Positions 11,101 to 20,881 of a stretch of 32,000 bases of DNA are shown here, in pieces; the stretch's first letter is position 1; the number at the start of each line of letters is the position of its first letter. The translations under genes were made by a program, and so were the position numbers. Origin of the DNA: Prochlorococcus marinus subsp. pastoris str. CCMP1986. Lineage in GTDB: Bacteria > Cyanobacteriota > Cyanobacteriia > PCC-6307 > Cyanobiaceae. The notes beneath the pieces are model-generated. The model did no database searches, was not told where the DNA came from, and was given only the letters and a program-made list of their open reading frames with translations. Location of the stretch: positions 270,001 to 302,000 of the forward strand of contig NC_005072.1 of the NCBI RefSeq assembly GCF_000011465.1. Reading direction: 5' to 3'.

Positions 11101-12486
11101 ATGCAGAAGAAGAAAAAAAGAATAATGAGAACTTTATCTTATTTTAAAAAGTCAAATTTAGGTTTGATAAATAAAATTATAAGAATTCTAAGTTGGTTAT
11201 TGCCAGGGTTAGTAATCAAAAGATGGATGATAACTTCTGCTATTGGTTTATTAACTTCTTTATTAGGGATTGCAATCTGGACTAATTTAAGACCTCTTTA
11301 TTGGTTAATAGAAGTCTTTTTCTCGATAATGAATATTTTAACAAAAATTTTACCTATTTCAGTTTTGGGACCATTAATCCTTTTGTTTGGTCTTCTTTTG
11401 ATTTGTATTGGGCAAAATAGAAGTATTAATTCTATACAAAAAGCTCTTGTCCCAGAAAAAAATACATTTTTAGTAGATGCACTAAGAGTTAAAAGTAAAT
11501 TAAATAGAGGCCCGAATATTGTTGCTATTGGAGGAGGAACAGGCTTGTCAACATTATTGAAAGGCCTAAAAAACTACAGCAGTAATATAACTGCAATAGT
11601 TACAGTTTCAGATGATGGAGGTAGTAGTGGAGTTTTAAGAAAACAATTTGGAGTTCAACCTCCAGGAGATATCAGAAATTGTTTGGCAGCCTTATCAAAT
11701 GAAGAACCAATATTAACAAGATTGTTTCAATACAGATTTTCTGGAGGTAGTGGATTAGAGGGACATAGTTTTGGCAATTTATTCTTATCTGCTTTAACAA
11801 CAATTACGGGAAGTTTAGAAAAGGCGGTTCAGGCTTCCAGTAAAGTGTTGGCAGTACAAGGGCAAGTTTTGCCAGCAACAAATACAGATGTAATGCTTTG
11901 GGCAGAACTTGAAGACGGTGAGAAAATATTTGGTGAAAGTAAAATAAGTCAATCAAAAAAGGTGATTTCCAGGATTGGTTATCTGCCCGAAAATCCACCG
12001 GCTCTTCCTAGTGCTCTTGAAGCTATTAAAGAAGCAGACCTAATAATACTAGGTCCAGGAAGTCTTTATACTTCTTTGCTACCTAATTTACTGGTCCCTG
12101 AAATTGTAGATGCTCTTCTGAAAAGTAATGCTCCCAAAATCTACATAAGTAATTTGATGACTCAACCAGGGGAAACGGATAATCTTGACGTATATCAACA
12201 CATCAAAGCAATAGAAAAGCAATTATCAAATTTTGGTGTAAAAAATCGAATATTTAATGCAATACTTTCTCAAATTAAATTTGAAAAGTCACCACTTGTT
12301 GATTACTACCAAAGTAGAGGTGCCATGCCAGTGATTTGTAACAAAGAAGAATTAATTTCAGAAGGATATTATGTCTTGCAAGCTCCCCTTTATTCAAGAA
12401 AGATAACTCCAACACTTAGACATGACCCCCGAAGACTTGCAAGGGCAGTAATGTTTATTAATAAAAAAATGAAGAAATTAAATTAA
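11101..12486 (+). CDS. YvcK/CofD-like family protein with N-terminal membrane-spanning region
   Basis: NIVAIGGGTGLSTLLKGLKNYSSNITAIVTVSDDGGSSG, RNCLAALSNEEP, LSGGSGLEGHSFGNLFLSAL-like motif (FSGGSGLEGHSFGNLF), LGPGSLYTSLLPNLLV. Start at 11101 or 11125; the ORF track start (10993) runs into the divergent ABC gene. Confidence 0.9.
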   Translation: MQKKKKRIMRTLSYFKKSNLGLINKIIRILSWLLPGLVIKRWMITSAIGLLTSLLGIAIWTNLRPLYWLIEVFFSIMNILTKILPISVLGPLILLFGLLLICIGQNRSINSIQKALVPEKNTFLVDALRVKSKLNRGPNIVAIGGGTGLSTLLKGLKNYSSNITAIVTVSDDGGSSGVLRKQFGVQPPGDIRNCLAALSNEEPILTRLFQYRFSGGSGLEGHSFGNLFLSALTTITGSLEKAVQASSKVLAVQGQVLPATNTDVMLWAELEDGEKIFGESKISQSKKVISRIGYLPENPPALPSALEAIKEADLIILGPGSLYTSLLPNLLVPEIVDALLKSNAPKIYISNLMTQPGETDNLDVYQHIKAIEKQLSNFGVKNRIFNAILSQIKFEKSPLVDYYQSRGAMPVICNKEELISEGYYVLQAPLYSRKITPTLRHDPRRLARAVMFINKKMKKLN

Positions 12487-12494
12487 TAAATTTT

Positions 12495-13025
12495 TTAATA
12501 AGCATCTTGTAATTCATAGAAGTCAGGTTGTATATAATCTTTTCTTAATGGCCATCCTCTCCAGTCTTCTGGCATTAAAAGTCTTGTGGGATTTGGATGA
12601 TCAGCAAAATTGATTCCAAACATGTCATAGGTTTCCCTTTCTTGCCAATCACTTCCCTTGAAAATTTTATAAAGGCTAGGTACAGATAAATCTGAGTCTC
12701 TATTTAAAAAAACTTTTACTCTAATTTCTTTAATCTCTTTTATATCTTGAATATCTCCAAGTGAGATTAGATGGTAAAAACTTACGAGACATTTTCCTGG
12801 TCCTTCATCGTAACCTCCTTGACACTGAAGGTAGTTAAAGCCATAGCCTCTTAAAGTAGATATTGCTTCGTACAACTTTTCTGGTTTTACTGAAAGTATC
12901 TCAACACCTATATGATCATTCCCTAAAGATTCGTTTGTAATCCCATCTTGAGAAAGCTGATTACTTACTATTCCATTTTGTTTTACAATTTCTTCTGAAG
13001 ATTCAGGTGAACTATTATTTTCCAT
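12495..13025 (-). CDS. ndhJ: NAD(P)H-quinone oxidoreductase subunit J
   Basis: [50 protein letters not shown]; in ndhC-ndhK-ndhJ order. Confidence 0.97.
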   Translation of the reverse strand: MENNSSPESSEEIVKQNGIVSNQLSQDGITNESLGNDHIGVEILSVKPEKLYEAISTLRGYGFNYLQCQGGYDEGPGKCLVSFYHLISLGDIQDIKEIKEIRVKVFLNRDSDLSVPSLYKIFKGSDWQERETYDMFGINFADHPNPTRLLMPEDWRGWPLRKDYIQPDFYELQDAY

Positions 13026-13759
13026 TATTTTATTACTTCATCTATAGAATTTGTTTCATATATATTTTCACTACTTTCTTCTACCGGATTAAGTTTAGAA
13101 GATTCAATTGACTTTTCAGATTTTTTATTTAAATATTCACCAGTATTTTCTGAAAAAACAAGATTCATCTCATGATCTACAGTTAAATATCTATGAGTTT
13201 GTTCAGATTTATTCCTCTCAAGAATACTCTCATTAGCAACTTTCTTTCTTAATTTTATAACAGCATCAAAAATAGCTTCTGGTCTAGGGGGGCATCCAGG
13301 AAGGTACAAATCAACTGGGATTAATTTATCAACTCCTCTTACTGCTGTTGTTGAATCTGCACTAAACATTCCACCAGTTATGGTACAAGCTCCCATGGCA
13401 ATGACATATTTTGGTTCTGGCATTTGTTCATACAACCTTACTAATGCTGGTGCCATTTTCATTGTGACTGTACCAGCAACAATTAGTAAGTCTGCTTGTC
13501 TTGGGGAGCTTCTAGGTACTAAGCCAAATCTATCAAAATCAAACCTAGACCCTATGAGTGCTGCAAATTCTATAAAACAGCATGCAGTTCCGTATAAAAG
13601 TGGCCATAGACTACTTAATCTAGCCCAGTTATGAAGATCATCTAAACTTGTCATTATGATATTTTCGCTCAAGTCAGTTGTGACTTGGGGGGCACCCAGA
13701 GGATTACAAGTTTCTTCTCTAAGCTCTCTTATTGCTTTTGGTGAAAGTGAATTGTTCAA
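13025..13759 (-). CDS. ndhK: NAD(P)H-quinone oxidoreductase subunit K
   Basis: [76 protein letters not shown]. Confidence 0.98.
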   Translation of the reverse strand: MNNSLSPKAIRELREETCNPLGAPQVTTDLSENIIMTSLDDLHNWARLSSLWPLLYGTACCFIEFAALIGSRFDFDRFGLVPRSSPRQADLLIVAGTVTMKMAPALVRLYEQMPEPKYVIAMGACTITGGMFSADSTTAVRGVDKLIPVDLYLPGCPPRPEAIFDAVIKLRKKVANESILERNKSEQTHRYLTVDHEMNLVFSENTGEYLNKKSEKSIESSKLNPVEESSENIYETNSIDEVIK

Positions 13760-13763
13760 CTTT

Positions 13764-14126
13764 TTAACTCCATTCTAAAGCTCCTTTTCTCCAAGCGTAA
13801 GCAAGAGCAATTACTAATATTGTAATAAATATTAGAGCCTCAATAAATGCTAGTAGGCCTAGTCTATTGAATGCAACCGCCCAAGGATAAAGAAATACAG
13901 TTTCTACATCAAATATAACGAATACTAATGCAAACATGTAATATCTGATATTGAATTGAATCCAAGCCCCCCCTATAGGCTCCATCCCTGATTCGTAGGT
14001 GAGTTTTCTCTCTCCAGTTCTTCCTTTGGGAGAGACTATTAGGTTAGTAACTAAAGCTAAAATTGGGACTGCCGCAGCAATTATTAAAAAACCTAAAAAA
14101 TATTCGTAGCCGGGTAATGAAAACAT
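13764..14126 (-). CDS. ndhC: NAD(P)H-quinone oxidoreductase subunit 3
   Basis: [45 protein letters not shown]. Confidence 0.98.
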   Translation of the reverse strand: MFSLPGYEYFLGFLIIAAAVPILALVTNLIVSPKGRTGERKLTYESGMEPIGGAWIQFNIRYYMFALVFVIFDVETVFLYPWAVAFNRLGLLAFIEALIFITILVIALAYAWRKGALEWS

Positions 14127-14198
14127 TTAAAAAAATTGTTGGAAAATTCGCTTAATTCAGCAAAATCTTTTAGAGTCTCTAAAGTTAAATACTAAATC

Positions 14199-14627
14199 GT
14201 GAGTGAAAACATTCAACCATCTTCTGAGGAAAACCAAATAGTTGAGGATTTAACAAATAAAGAATCTCCTGAAAAACTTCCAGAATTTAAAGATAAAGAG
14301 CTCATTACCAATTTAGAACAAAATAGATTCGAATGTAGAAGTTGTGGATACATTTATGATCCTATAGAAGGAAACAAGAAACTTAACATTCCTAAAAATA
14401 CTCCTTTCTCGGCAATAGATGGAAATACTTTTGCTTGTCCAGTATGTAGAGCAGGTAAAAATTTATATAAAGATATAGGACCAAGAGAAAAACCTAGTGG
14501 TTTTGAAGAAAATTTAACTTATGGCTTTGGATTCAATAGTTTGCCACCTGGTCAGAAAAATATTTTAATATTTGGTGGTTTAGCATTTGCAGCTGCATGT
14601 TTCCTTTCTTTGTACTCTTTGCACTAA
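14199..14627 (+). CDS. rubredoxin
   Basis: FECRSCGYIYDPIEGN...TFACPVCRAGKNLY two CxxC pairs plus C-terminal TM helix; upstream of ycf48; GTG start. Confidence 0.95.
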   Translation: MSENIQPSSEENQIVEDLTNKESPEKLPEFKDKELITNLEQNRFECRSCGYIYDPIEGNKKLNIPKNTPFSAIDGNTFACPVCRAGKNLYKDIGPREKPSGFEENLTYGFGFNSLPPGQKNILIFGGLAFAAACFLSLYSLH

Positions 14628-14636
14628 AATATATCC

Positions 14637-15650
14637 ATGAAAAAATTTGTAACTAGCATTCCAAACCTTCTCCTAACATTTACACTTTGCTTTGTTTTAA
14701 GTAGTTGTTCTTCAACAGGTGTAAAAATGAGCGAGAGTAGTCCCTGGGAAACAATTCAATTTGAAGATCAGTCAAATGCATTAGATATAGATTTCATAGA
14801 TAATAATCATGGATTTTTAGTTGGATCAAATAGGCTTATTATGGAATCTAATGATGGAGGAAAATCGTGGGAAAAAAGATCTTTAGATATTGCTGCAGAG
14901 GAGAATTTTCGTTTACTTGATATAGATTTTAAGGGTTCTGAAGGTTGGTTGATAGGACAACCCTCTTTAGTTATGCATACGATTGATGAAGGTAAGAATT
15001 GGACAAGGTTATCTCTTGGTAAGCTGCCTGGCCAGCCATTTTTAGTCTCAACTGTTGATGATGGGGTTGCTGAATTGGCAACAACCTCAGCTGCTATTTA
15101 TACAACTTCAAATAGTGGTGAAACATGGGAGGCTAAGGTTTCAGACCCTTCCGAGCAGGGAGGTATTAGAGATTTAAGAAGAACATCTAATGGAGATTAT
15201 GTAAGTGTAAGTAGTCTTGGTAATTTTTTCTCTACTCTCGAAAGTGGAAGTGATACTTGGATAGCTCATCAAAGAGCGAGTAGTAAGAGAGTACAAGGTA
15301 TAGGATTTAATCCAGACGGAAATTTATGGATGTTGTCTCGAGGTGCTGAGATAAGATTTAATGATGATAGTAATGATTTGGAAAGTTGGACTAAACCAAT
15401 AGTTCCGATTCTAAACGGCTACAACTATTTAGATATGGGATGGGACCCTGAAGGAAATATCTGGGCCGGCGGTGGTAATGGGACTTTGATAGTTAGTAAA
15501 GATGATGGTAAGACATGGGATTCTGATCCTGTTGCTTCAAATTTGCCAACTAACTTTATCAAGATTCAATTCTTGGAAAAAGATGAATTAGATGCTAAAA
15601 AAGGCTTTATTCTTGGAGAAAGGGGTTACATCCTCAGGTGGAACGGTTAA
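14637..15650 (+). CDS. ycf48: photosystem II assembly protein Ycf48/HCF136
   Basis: Lipobox-like LCFVLSSC signal; repeated beta-propeller-type motifs (W..., [37 protein letters not shown]); located between rubredoxin and psbE. Confidence 0.95.
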
Positions 15651-15782
15651 GTTCAAGCAAATTAAAAAGTAAAAAAATCCTTAAATTTCTTGTAATTTAA
15701 CAACTGTCTGTAACCAAGCTGTAAATTTCTTCACAAACTTAGGATTTTTCCTTGTAAGATCAAGGAGTAAATAATTGTGATT

Positions 15783-16031
15783 ATGGCCGCAGGTTCAACG
15801 GGTGAACGCCCATTCTTTGAAATAATCACCAGTATCAGATACTGGATTATTCATGCAGTAACACTTCCAGCTATTTTTATAGCAGGTTTCCTATTTGTAT
15901 ATACAGGTTTAGCCTATGATGCTTTTGGGACTCCACGTCCAGATAGTTATTTCCAGGCTTCTGAATCAAAAGCACCTGTTGTAACGCAAAGATATGACGC
16001 TAAATCTCAATTAGATTTAAGAACAAAATAA
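15783..16031 (+). CDS. psbE: cytochrome b559 subunit alpha
   Basis: [57 protein letters not shown]. Confidence 0.98.
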   Translation: MAAGSTGERPFFEIITSIRYWIIHAVTLPAIFIAGFLFVYTGLAYDAFGTPRPDSYFQASESKAPVVTQRYDAKSQLDLRTK

Positions 16032-16033
16032 TT

Positions 16034-16177
16034 ATGTCAAATTCTCAAGCTCCAATGCAGGCTGTTGAAGTCCGCGTTTATCCGATCTTTACTATTCGTT
16101 GGCTAGCAGTTCATGCTCTTGCGATTCCTTCAGTATTTTTCTTAGGTGCTATAGCAGCTATGCAATTTTTAAGATAA
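16034..16177 (+). CDS. psbF: cytochrome b559 subunit beta
   Basis: Manual translation: [47 protein letters not shown] (47 aa, absent from the ORF track because of size). Confidence 0.97.
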   Translation: MSNSQAPMQAVEVRVYPIFTIRWLAVHALAIPSVFFLGAIAAMQFLR

Positions 16178-16188
16178 CTTTATTAATC

Positions 16189-16308
16189 ATGCAAGTAAAC
16201 GAAAATCCGAATAAAGTTCCAGTTGAACTTAATCGTACAAGTCTATATTTAGGCTTATTATCAGTATTAGTCTTAGGAATTTTATTTTCCAGTTACTTTT
16301 TCAACTAA
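16189..16308 (+). CDS. psbL: photosystem II reaction center protein L
   Basis: [39 protein letters not shown] (39 aa); the ORF track entry from 16099 is an in-frame upstream extension. Confidence 0.97.
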   Translation: MQVNENPNKVPVELNRTSLYLGLLSVLVLGILFSSYFFN

Positions 16309-16317
16309 ATTAAAATT

Positions 16318-16512
16318 ATGAGTAAATTAAAAGGCCCTGATGGCAGAATCCCTGATAGATTACCCGATGGTAGACCCGCTGTTGCATGGGAAAGAAGATG
16401 GACTGAAGGAACCCTTCCTCTTTGGTTAGTTGCTACGGCAGGAGGAATAGCAGTTATTTTTGTCTTAGGTATATTTTTCTACGGTTCATACCAAGGAGTA
16501 GGTGCTGGCTAA
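16318..16512 (+). CDS. psbJ: photosystem II reaction center protein J
   Basis: [64 protein letters not shown]. Confidence 0.97.
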   Translation: MSKLKGPDGRIPDRLPDGRPAVAWERRWTEGTLPLWLVATAGGIAVIFVLGIFFYGSYQGVGAG

Positions 16513-16545
16513 GTCTATCATTACTCTTTTTCAAATGAGTATTAA

Positions 16546-17445
16546 TTATCCCCAATAAGAATCTGTAAATATCTTTAGTTTTTCTTTTGTAAAACTAGGG
16601 ATATTTTCTTTTTGAGTTATTAAACCATCCTTTAAAGAACTATGGGATTTGCTTTGAGGTCTCTTTTTATCGATAACTTTAGCGATTTCAAAGACAATTT
16701 TGTTGGCAACTTCAGTATTTGCTCTAAGATTTTCCAAAACCATCTCTACCGATACTTCCTGATGAGTTTGATGCCAGCAATCATAATCAGTAACCATAGA
16801 AAGAGAAGAATAAGCTATCTCAGCTTCTTTAGCTAATCTTGCTTCAGTGTGATTAGTCATACCTATAATTGAACAACCCCAACTTCTATATAAATTAGAT
16901 TCTGCTCTGGTAGAGAAGGCGGGCCCCTCCATTGCTAAATATGTTCCTCCTCTATGTAATTGTCTTCCTCCCGGGATATTTTCTTCGCTAACATTGCATA
17001 AAATTCCCGACAAGTTCATACAGAAAGGATCCCCCATAGTTACATGAGCTACTGCTCCTTCATTAAAAAATGTTGCTGGTCTTTTATGTGTTCGATCAAT
17101 AAATTGATCTGGGATAACAATATCAAGGGGCCTGATTTGTTCTTGAAGGGAGCCAACTGCTGATGGAGCTATTATCCACCTCACACCAATTGATCGGAGA
17201 GCCCAAATGTTAGCTTTGTATGGTATTTCTGTCGGATTCAGTTTATGTGTTCTACCGTGCCTTGCTATAAAAGCTATTTCTAAATTACCAGTTTTAAAGA
17301 GCCTAATTGAATCAGAAGGTTTACCATAAGGTGTATTGACCTCGATTTCTTCATGACAATCTATTTTGTTAATTGAATAGAAACCACTCCCACCAATTAC
17401 TCCTAATCTTGATTCTTTAATGGGTAATAAATGCTGTTTATTCAT
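16546..17445 (-). CDS. mtnP: S-methyl-5'-thioadenosine phosphorylase / purine nucleoside phosphorylase family
   Basis: LGVIGGSGFYSI, FIARHGRTHKLNPTEIPYKANIWALRSIGVRWI, CSIIGMTNHTEARLAKEAEIAYSSLSMVTDYDCWH; ATG at 17445. Confidence 0.92.
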   Translation of the reverse strand: MNKQHLLPIKESRLGVIGGSGFYSINKIDCHEEIEVNTPYGKPSDSIRLFKTGNLEIAFIARHGRTHKLNPTEIPYKANIWALRSIGVRWIIAPSAVGSLQEQIRPLDIVIPDQFIDRTHKRPATFFNEGAVAHVTMGDPFCMNLSGILCNVSEENIPGGRQLHRGGTYLAMEGPAFSTRAESNLYRSWGCSIIGMTNHTEARLAKEAEIAYSSLSMVTDYDCWHQTHQEVSVEMVLENLRANTEVANKIVFEIAKVIDKKRPQSKSHSSLKDGLITQKENIPSFTKEKLKIFTDSYWG

Positions 17446-17454
17446 TGTAATGAA

Positions 17455-19623
17455 ATGACTATTAATCATCTAGTACTAATTGGAGGCGGACATACAAATG
17501 TTCTTTTGATGAGAAAATGGTTGATGTATCCGAAATTAATGCCAGAAATCCCTATCTCAATTATATCCAGAGATACTCAGTTAGTTTATTCGGCTATGTT
17601 CCCTTCTGTTATTTCTAAAGCAATTTCTTTAGATGAAAGCCTAATCGATATTAGATCCTTAGCTAAAAAGTCAAGAGTAGCTTTCATAAAAGGAGAGGTA
17701 ATTAATATTGATTTTAAGTTAAAAAAAATTTTTTTAAAAAATAGACCATCAATTTGTTACTCAAAATTAGTCCTTAATTATGGAAGTCAAACCAAAATTT
17801 CAGGAGAATTTGAAGATTTAGTCAATAATCAAACTGCTTTCCCAATTAAACCTTTTTTCAAGGCTTATGAGTTAATTAAAAACGAAGATGAGCATGATTC
17901 TGAAACTGAACAATCTTTTGTAATTGTAGGAAGTGGACTTGCAGCAATTGAAATTGTTTTTGCCTTGAGAAAAAGATGGAAAAAAAGATCTTTAAAAATT
18001 TTATGCAAATTAAATAAAGTAAATGATAAAATCTTAAAAACTTTTTACAAATCGAATATAGAAGTAGTTGGCAAACTTCCTGTTGACTATGGAAAGATTC
18101 TCTTATGTACAGGAAACTCATCACCATATTGGGTACAAAAATATAATTCAGAATTGGATTCAAAAGGACGATTTTTTACAGATCAGAAATTAAGGTTGAA
18201 AAATTTTTTCGGAACTTTTGCAACTGGTGATTGCGCAGTCATAAAAACCTCTAAGAGACCTTCTTCTGGAATATTTGCAGTAAAAGTGTTAAATATATTG
18301 GCAACTAATATTCAGAAGGAAATAAAAGGTGAATCATTAAAAAAATGGTCTCCTCAAAAATTTGGATTGCAAATAGTAAATTCTTATCCTAGAAAGCTTC
18401 CGAAAGCTTTTGCTTTTTATGGTGATTTTGTTATTGGGCCTTCTTTTCTGATTTGGTATCTTAAAAATAAAATTGATGAAGGCTTCATAAAGAAATTTCG
18501 TATTTTAGATTCGAATATGAGTCAAAAAGTCAACGAAGGTGGGATGGAAGAATGTAGAGGGTGTGCCGCTAAAATTCCTCAAAGCATTTTAAATAAATCC
18601 TTAAGAAGTGCTCAACTTGAAAATTTTGCAACTTCTCCTGAGGATTCTGTTGAAATTTATAAAAATAATCAAGATATTATTCTTCAAAGTGTTGATGGAT
18701 TTCCGGCGTTGATAAGCGATCCTTGGCTAAATGCAAAAATTACCGTGTTACATGCTTGCTCAGATTTATGGGCTTGCGGAGTAAAACTTTCATCTGCACA
18801 GGCCTTAATATCTCTTCCAAAAGTAGGAAAAGATTTTCAAAGCTTCCTTTTTTCTCATTGTCTAAAAGGGATAAAAACAACAGTTGAAGAACAAGGGGGT
18901 AAGTTAATTGGAGGGCATACTTTTGAGTCAAGAAGTTTAGTTGATCAACCTTATTCTTTAGGAATAGATATTTCTTTAACTGTTCAGGGAGTTTTGAAAA
19001 ATGGAGCAAAACCATGGTTAAAATCCGGTATGAAAAAAGGAGATATTATACTAATGTCAAGACCTCTAGGCGTGGGAATTTTTTTTGCTGCTCAAATGCA
19101 AAATATTAATTTGAAAGATAGTTCAGAGGAGATAATGAGAAATTTAGTTACAAGTCAGCAACCATTAATTGATAAAATTTATTTGCTTCAAGATAAGTTT
19201 GGAGAAACATTTATAAATGCAGCTACTGATGTAACTGGCTATGGATTTATAGGTCACCTTAAAGAGATGATCGATTCATCTAATTTATTAAGGAAAGATA
19301 ATAAGCTAAAACCTATTAGGGTTTTATTAGATTTATTTGCATTTAAAGCTTATCCAGGAGTATTTGATTTAATACACAAAGGAATCAAAAGTTCTCTATT
19401 CGAATCGAATAAAGAAATATTTGATCAAATTATTGCAGAAAAACGTAATGATAGAATTATCGCATTTTCAAAAAAAAATAAAGTTAATAGTGAAAGCTTT
19501 AAAGAAAAAATCTCATTATTATTAGATCCACAAACTTGTGGCCCTCTTTTGATATGTTGTGCTCCTAAGTATGAAAAATTTTTAAAGGATGAATGGTATA
19601 AGGTTGGAGAAGTAATAAATTGA
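17455..19623 (+). CDS. selD: fusion protein: N-terminal pyridine nucleotide-disulfide/NADH dehydrogenase-like oxidoreductase plus C-terminal selenide, water dikinase (SelD)
   Basis: N-term INHLVLIGGGHTNVLL, FVIVGSGLAAIEIVFAL, GTFATGDCAVI; C-term RGCAAKIPQSIL, SVDGFPALISDPWLNAKITVLHACSDLWACG, LIGGHTFES, DVTGYGFIGHLKEM, DPQTCGPLLI. Confidence 0.93.
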   Translation: MTINHLVLIGGGHTNVLLMRKWLMYPKLMPEIPISIISRDTQLVYSAMFPSVISKAISLDESLIDIRSLAKKSRVAFIKGEVINIDFKLKKIFLKNRPSICYSKLVLNYGSQTKISGEFEDLVNNQTAFPIKPFFKAYELIKNEDEHDSETEQSFVIVGSGLAAIEIVFALRKRWKKRSLKILCKLNKVNDKILKTFYKSNIEVVGKLPVDYGKILLCTGNSSPYWVQKYNSELDSKGRFFTDQKLRLKNFFGTFATGDCAVIKTSKRPSSGIFAVKVLNILATNIQKEIKGESLKKWSPQKFGLQIVNSYPRKLPKAFAFYGDFVIGPSFLIWYLKNKIDEGFIKKFRILDSNMSQKVNEGGMEECRGCAAKIPQSILNKSLRSAQLENFATSPEDSVEIYKNNQDIILQSVDGFPALISDPWLNAKITVLHACSDLWACGVKLSSAQALISLPKVGKDFQSFLFSHCLKGIKTTVEEQGGKLIGGHTFESRSLVDQPYSLGIDISLTVQGVLKNGAKPWLKSGMKKGDIILMSRPLGVGIFFAAQMQNINLKDSSEEIMRNLVTSQQPLIDKIYLLQDKFGETFINAATDVTGYGFIGHLKEMIDSSNLLRKDNKLKPIRVLLDLFAFKAYPGVFDLIHKGIKSSLFESNKEIFDQIIAEKRNDRIIAFSKKNKVNSESFKEKISLLLDPQTCGPLLICCAPKYEKFLKDEWYKVGEVIN

Positions 19624-19626
19624 TAG

Positions 19627-20874
19627 TTATTTCTTTTTGGTCTTATCGATCTCTAAATATCTCAACCTTTTAATTTCATCCCCCATTTCTTTCCCCGGTT
19701 GCCATCCTTCACTTTTTAAAAATTCTCCACTTTTTTTTGACTTAATAAATTTATAAACAAATAGCCATTTAAAAAAAGATTTCCAAAATAAACCCTCATT
19801 GCAAATTAATAATTTCACTGTCTCGTCATCTAAATTTTTTGTTTCAATAAATTCAGTCCATTGCGAGGGAGTTAAATAGAGAAATTTTTCTTTTTCATTA
19901 TCTAATTGATTTGTGATATTTAAGTAATCTTTGAGAATCTTCTTTTCCTTGCTATTAATAAAAAATCTTTGACAAGTAAGCTCTAAATTTTCTGAATTTT
20001 TTAATAGGTATAGAATATAATTACCTTTTAGTTTTTTAATCCACTTTAAACCTCTTAAAAATTTATTATTTATACTAATATTTTTATTTAGAATAGAAAT
20101 AATTTCCCAATCATTTAATAAAGAAACTATTTTTGCGAGATTATCGTATTTGTATATTTCTGCCAATTCCATTCTGATTCTTATACTTATACCAGGCGGA
20201 AATTTAGATTTAACATCATCCTTCATCATATCCCAGGGCCATCTTTGGATAGTTTTTTGCGATTGTTGAAGTGATTTACTTGAAATTTTAAAATCTAATC
20301 TTGAAGCATATCTTGCGCATCTTATTAATCTACTAGGGTCATCTTGAATACTATTTTCATGCAGCAAATGCAATTCTTTTTCTTGTATATGTTTTATACC
20401 ATCAAAGAAATCATAAATTTCTTGCTTTGAGAATTCAAAAGCTATTGCATTTATACTAAAATCTCTCCTTTTTAAATCCTCTTTAATATTTGCATGTTTT
20501 ACGATTGGATTTAATCCTGGAGCCTCATACTTCTCTTTTCTTGCAGAAGCTATATCAATTTTTAAATCATTAATATTTAGTTCTACAGTGTCGTATATTT
20601 CAAATTCTTTTATCAAACAAAGTTCAACATTTGAGATATTTTTTTTTATGAATTTTGCTAAATCAACAGAAGATCCTTCTGTAACTATATCAATATCAAG
20701 TGGATTGAAAAAAGTCTTTTTATGAATTTTAGTGATTAATAAATCTCTTATATAGCCACCCACAATTGCAACTTTAACGCTACTATTCAATTCAATATAC
20801 TGAGAAATTATATTAAATAAATTAAAAGGAATTTTTAATATTGCTGAATTTATATAAGCAGAAATATCATTCAT
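19627..20874 (-). CDS. CCA tRNA nucleotidyltransferase / poly(A) polymerase family protein
   Basis: VAIVGGYIRDLL...PLDIDIVTEG, RDFSINAIAFE, DDPSRLIRCARYASRLDFKI. Confidence 0.93.
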   Translation of the reverse strand: MNDISAYINSAILKIPFNLFNIISQYIELNSSVKVAIVGGYIRDLLITKIHKKTFFNPLDIDIVTEGSSVDLAKFIKKNISNVELCLIKEFEIYDTVELNINDLKIDIASARKEKYEAPGLNPIVKHANIKEDLKRRDFSINAIAFEFSKQEIYDFFDGIKHIQEKELHLLHENSIQDDPSRLIRCARYASRLDFKISSKSLQQSQKTIQRWPWDMMKDDVKSKFPPGISIRIRMELAEIYKYDNLAKIVSLLNDWEIISILNKNISINNKFLRGLKWIKKLKGNYILYLLKNSENLELTCQRFFINSKEKKILKDYLNITNQLDNEKEKFLYLTPSQWTEFIETKNLDDETVKLLICNEGLFWKSFFKWLFVYKFIKSKKSGEFLKSEGWQPGKEMGDEIKRLRYLEIDKTKKK

Positions 20875-20881
20875 GCAAATT

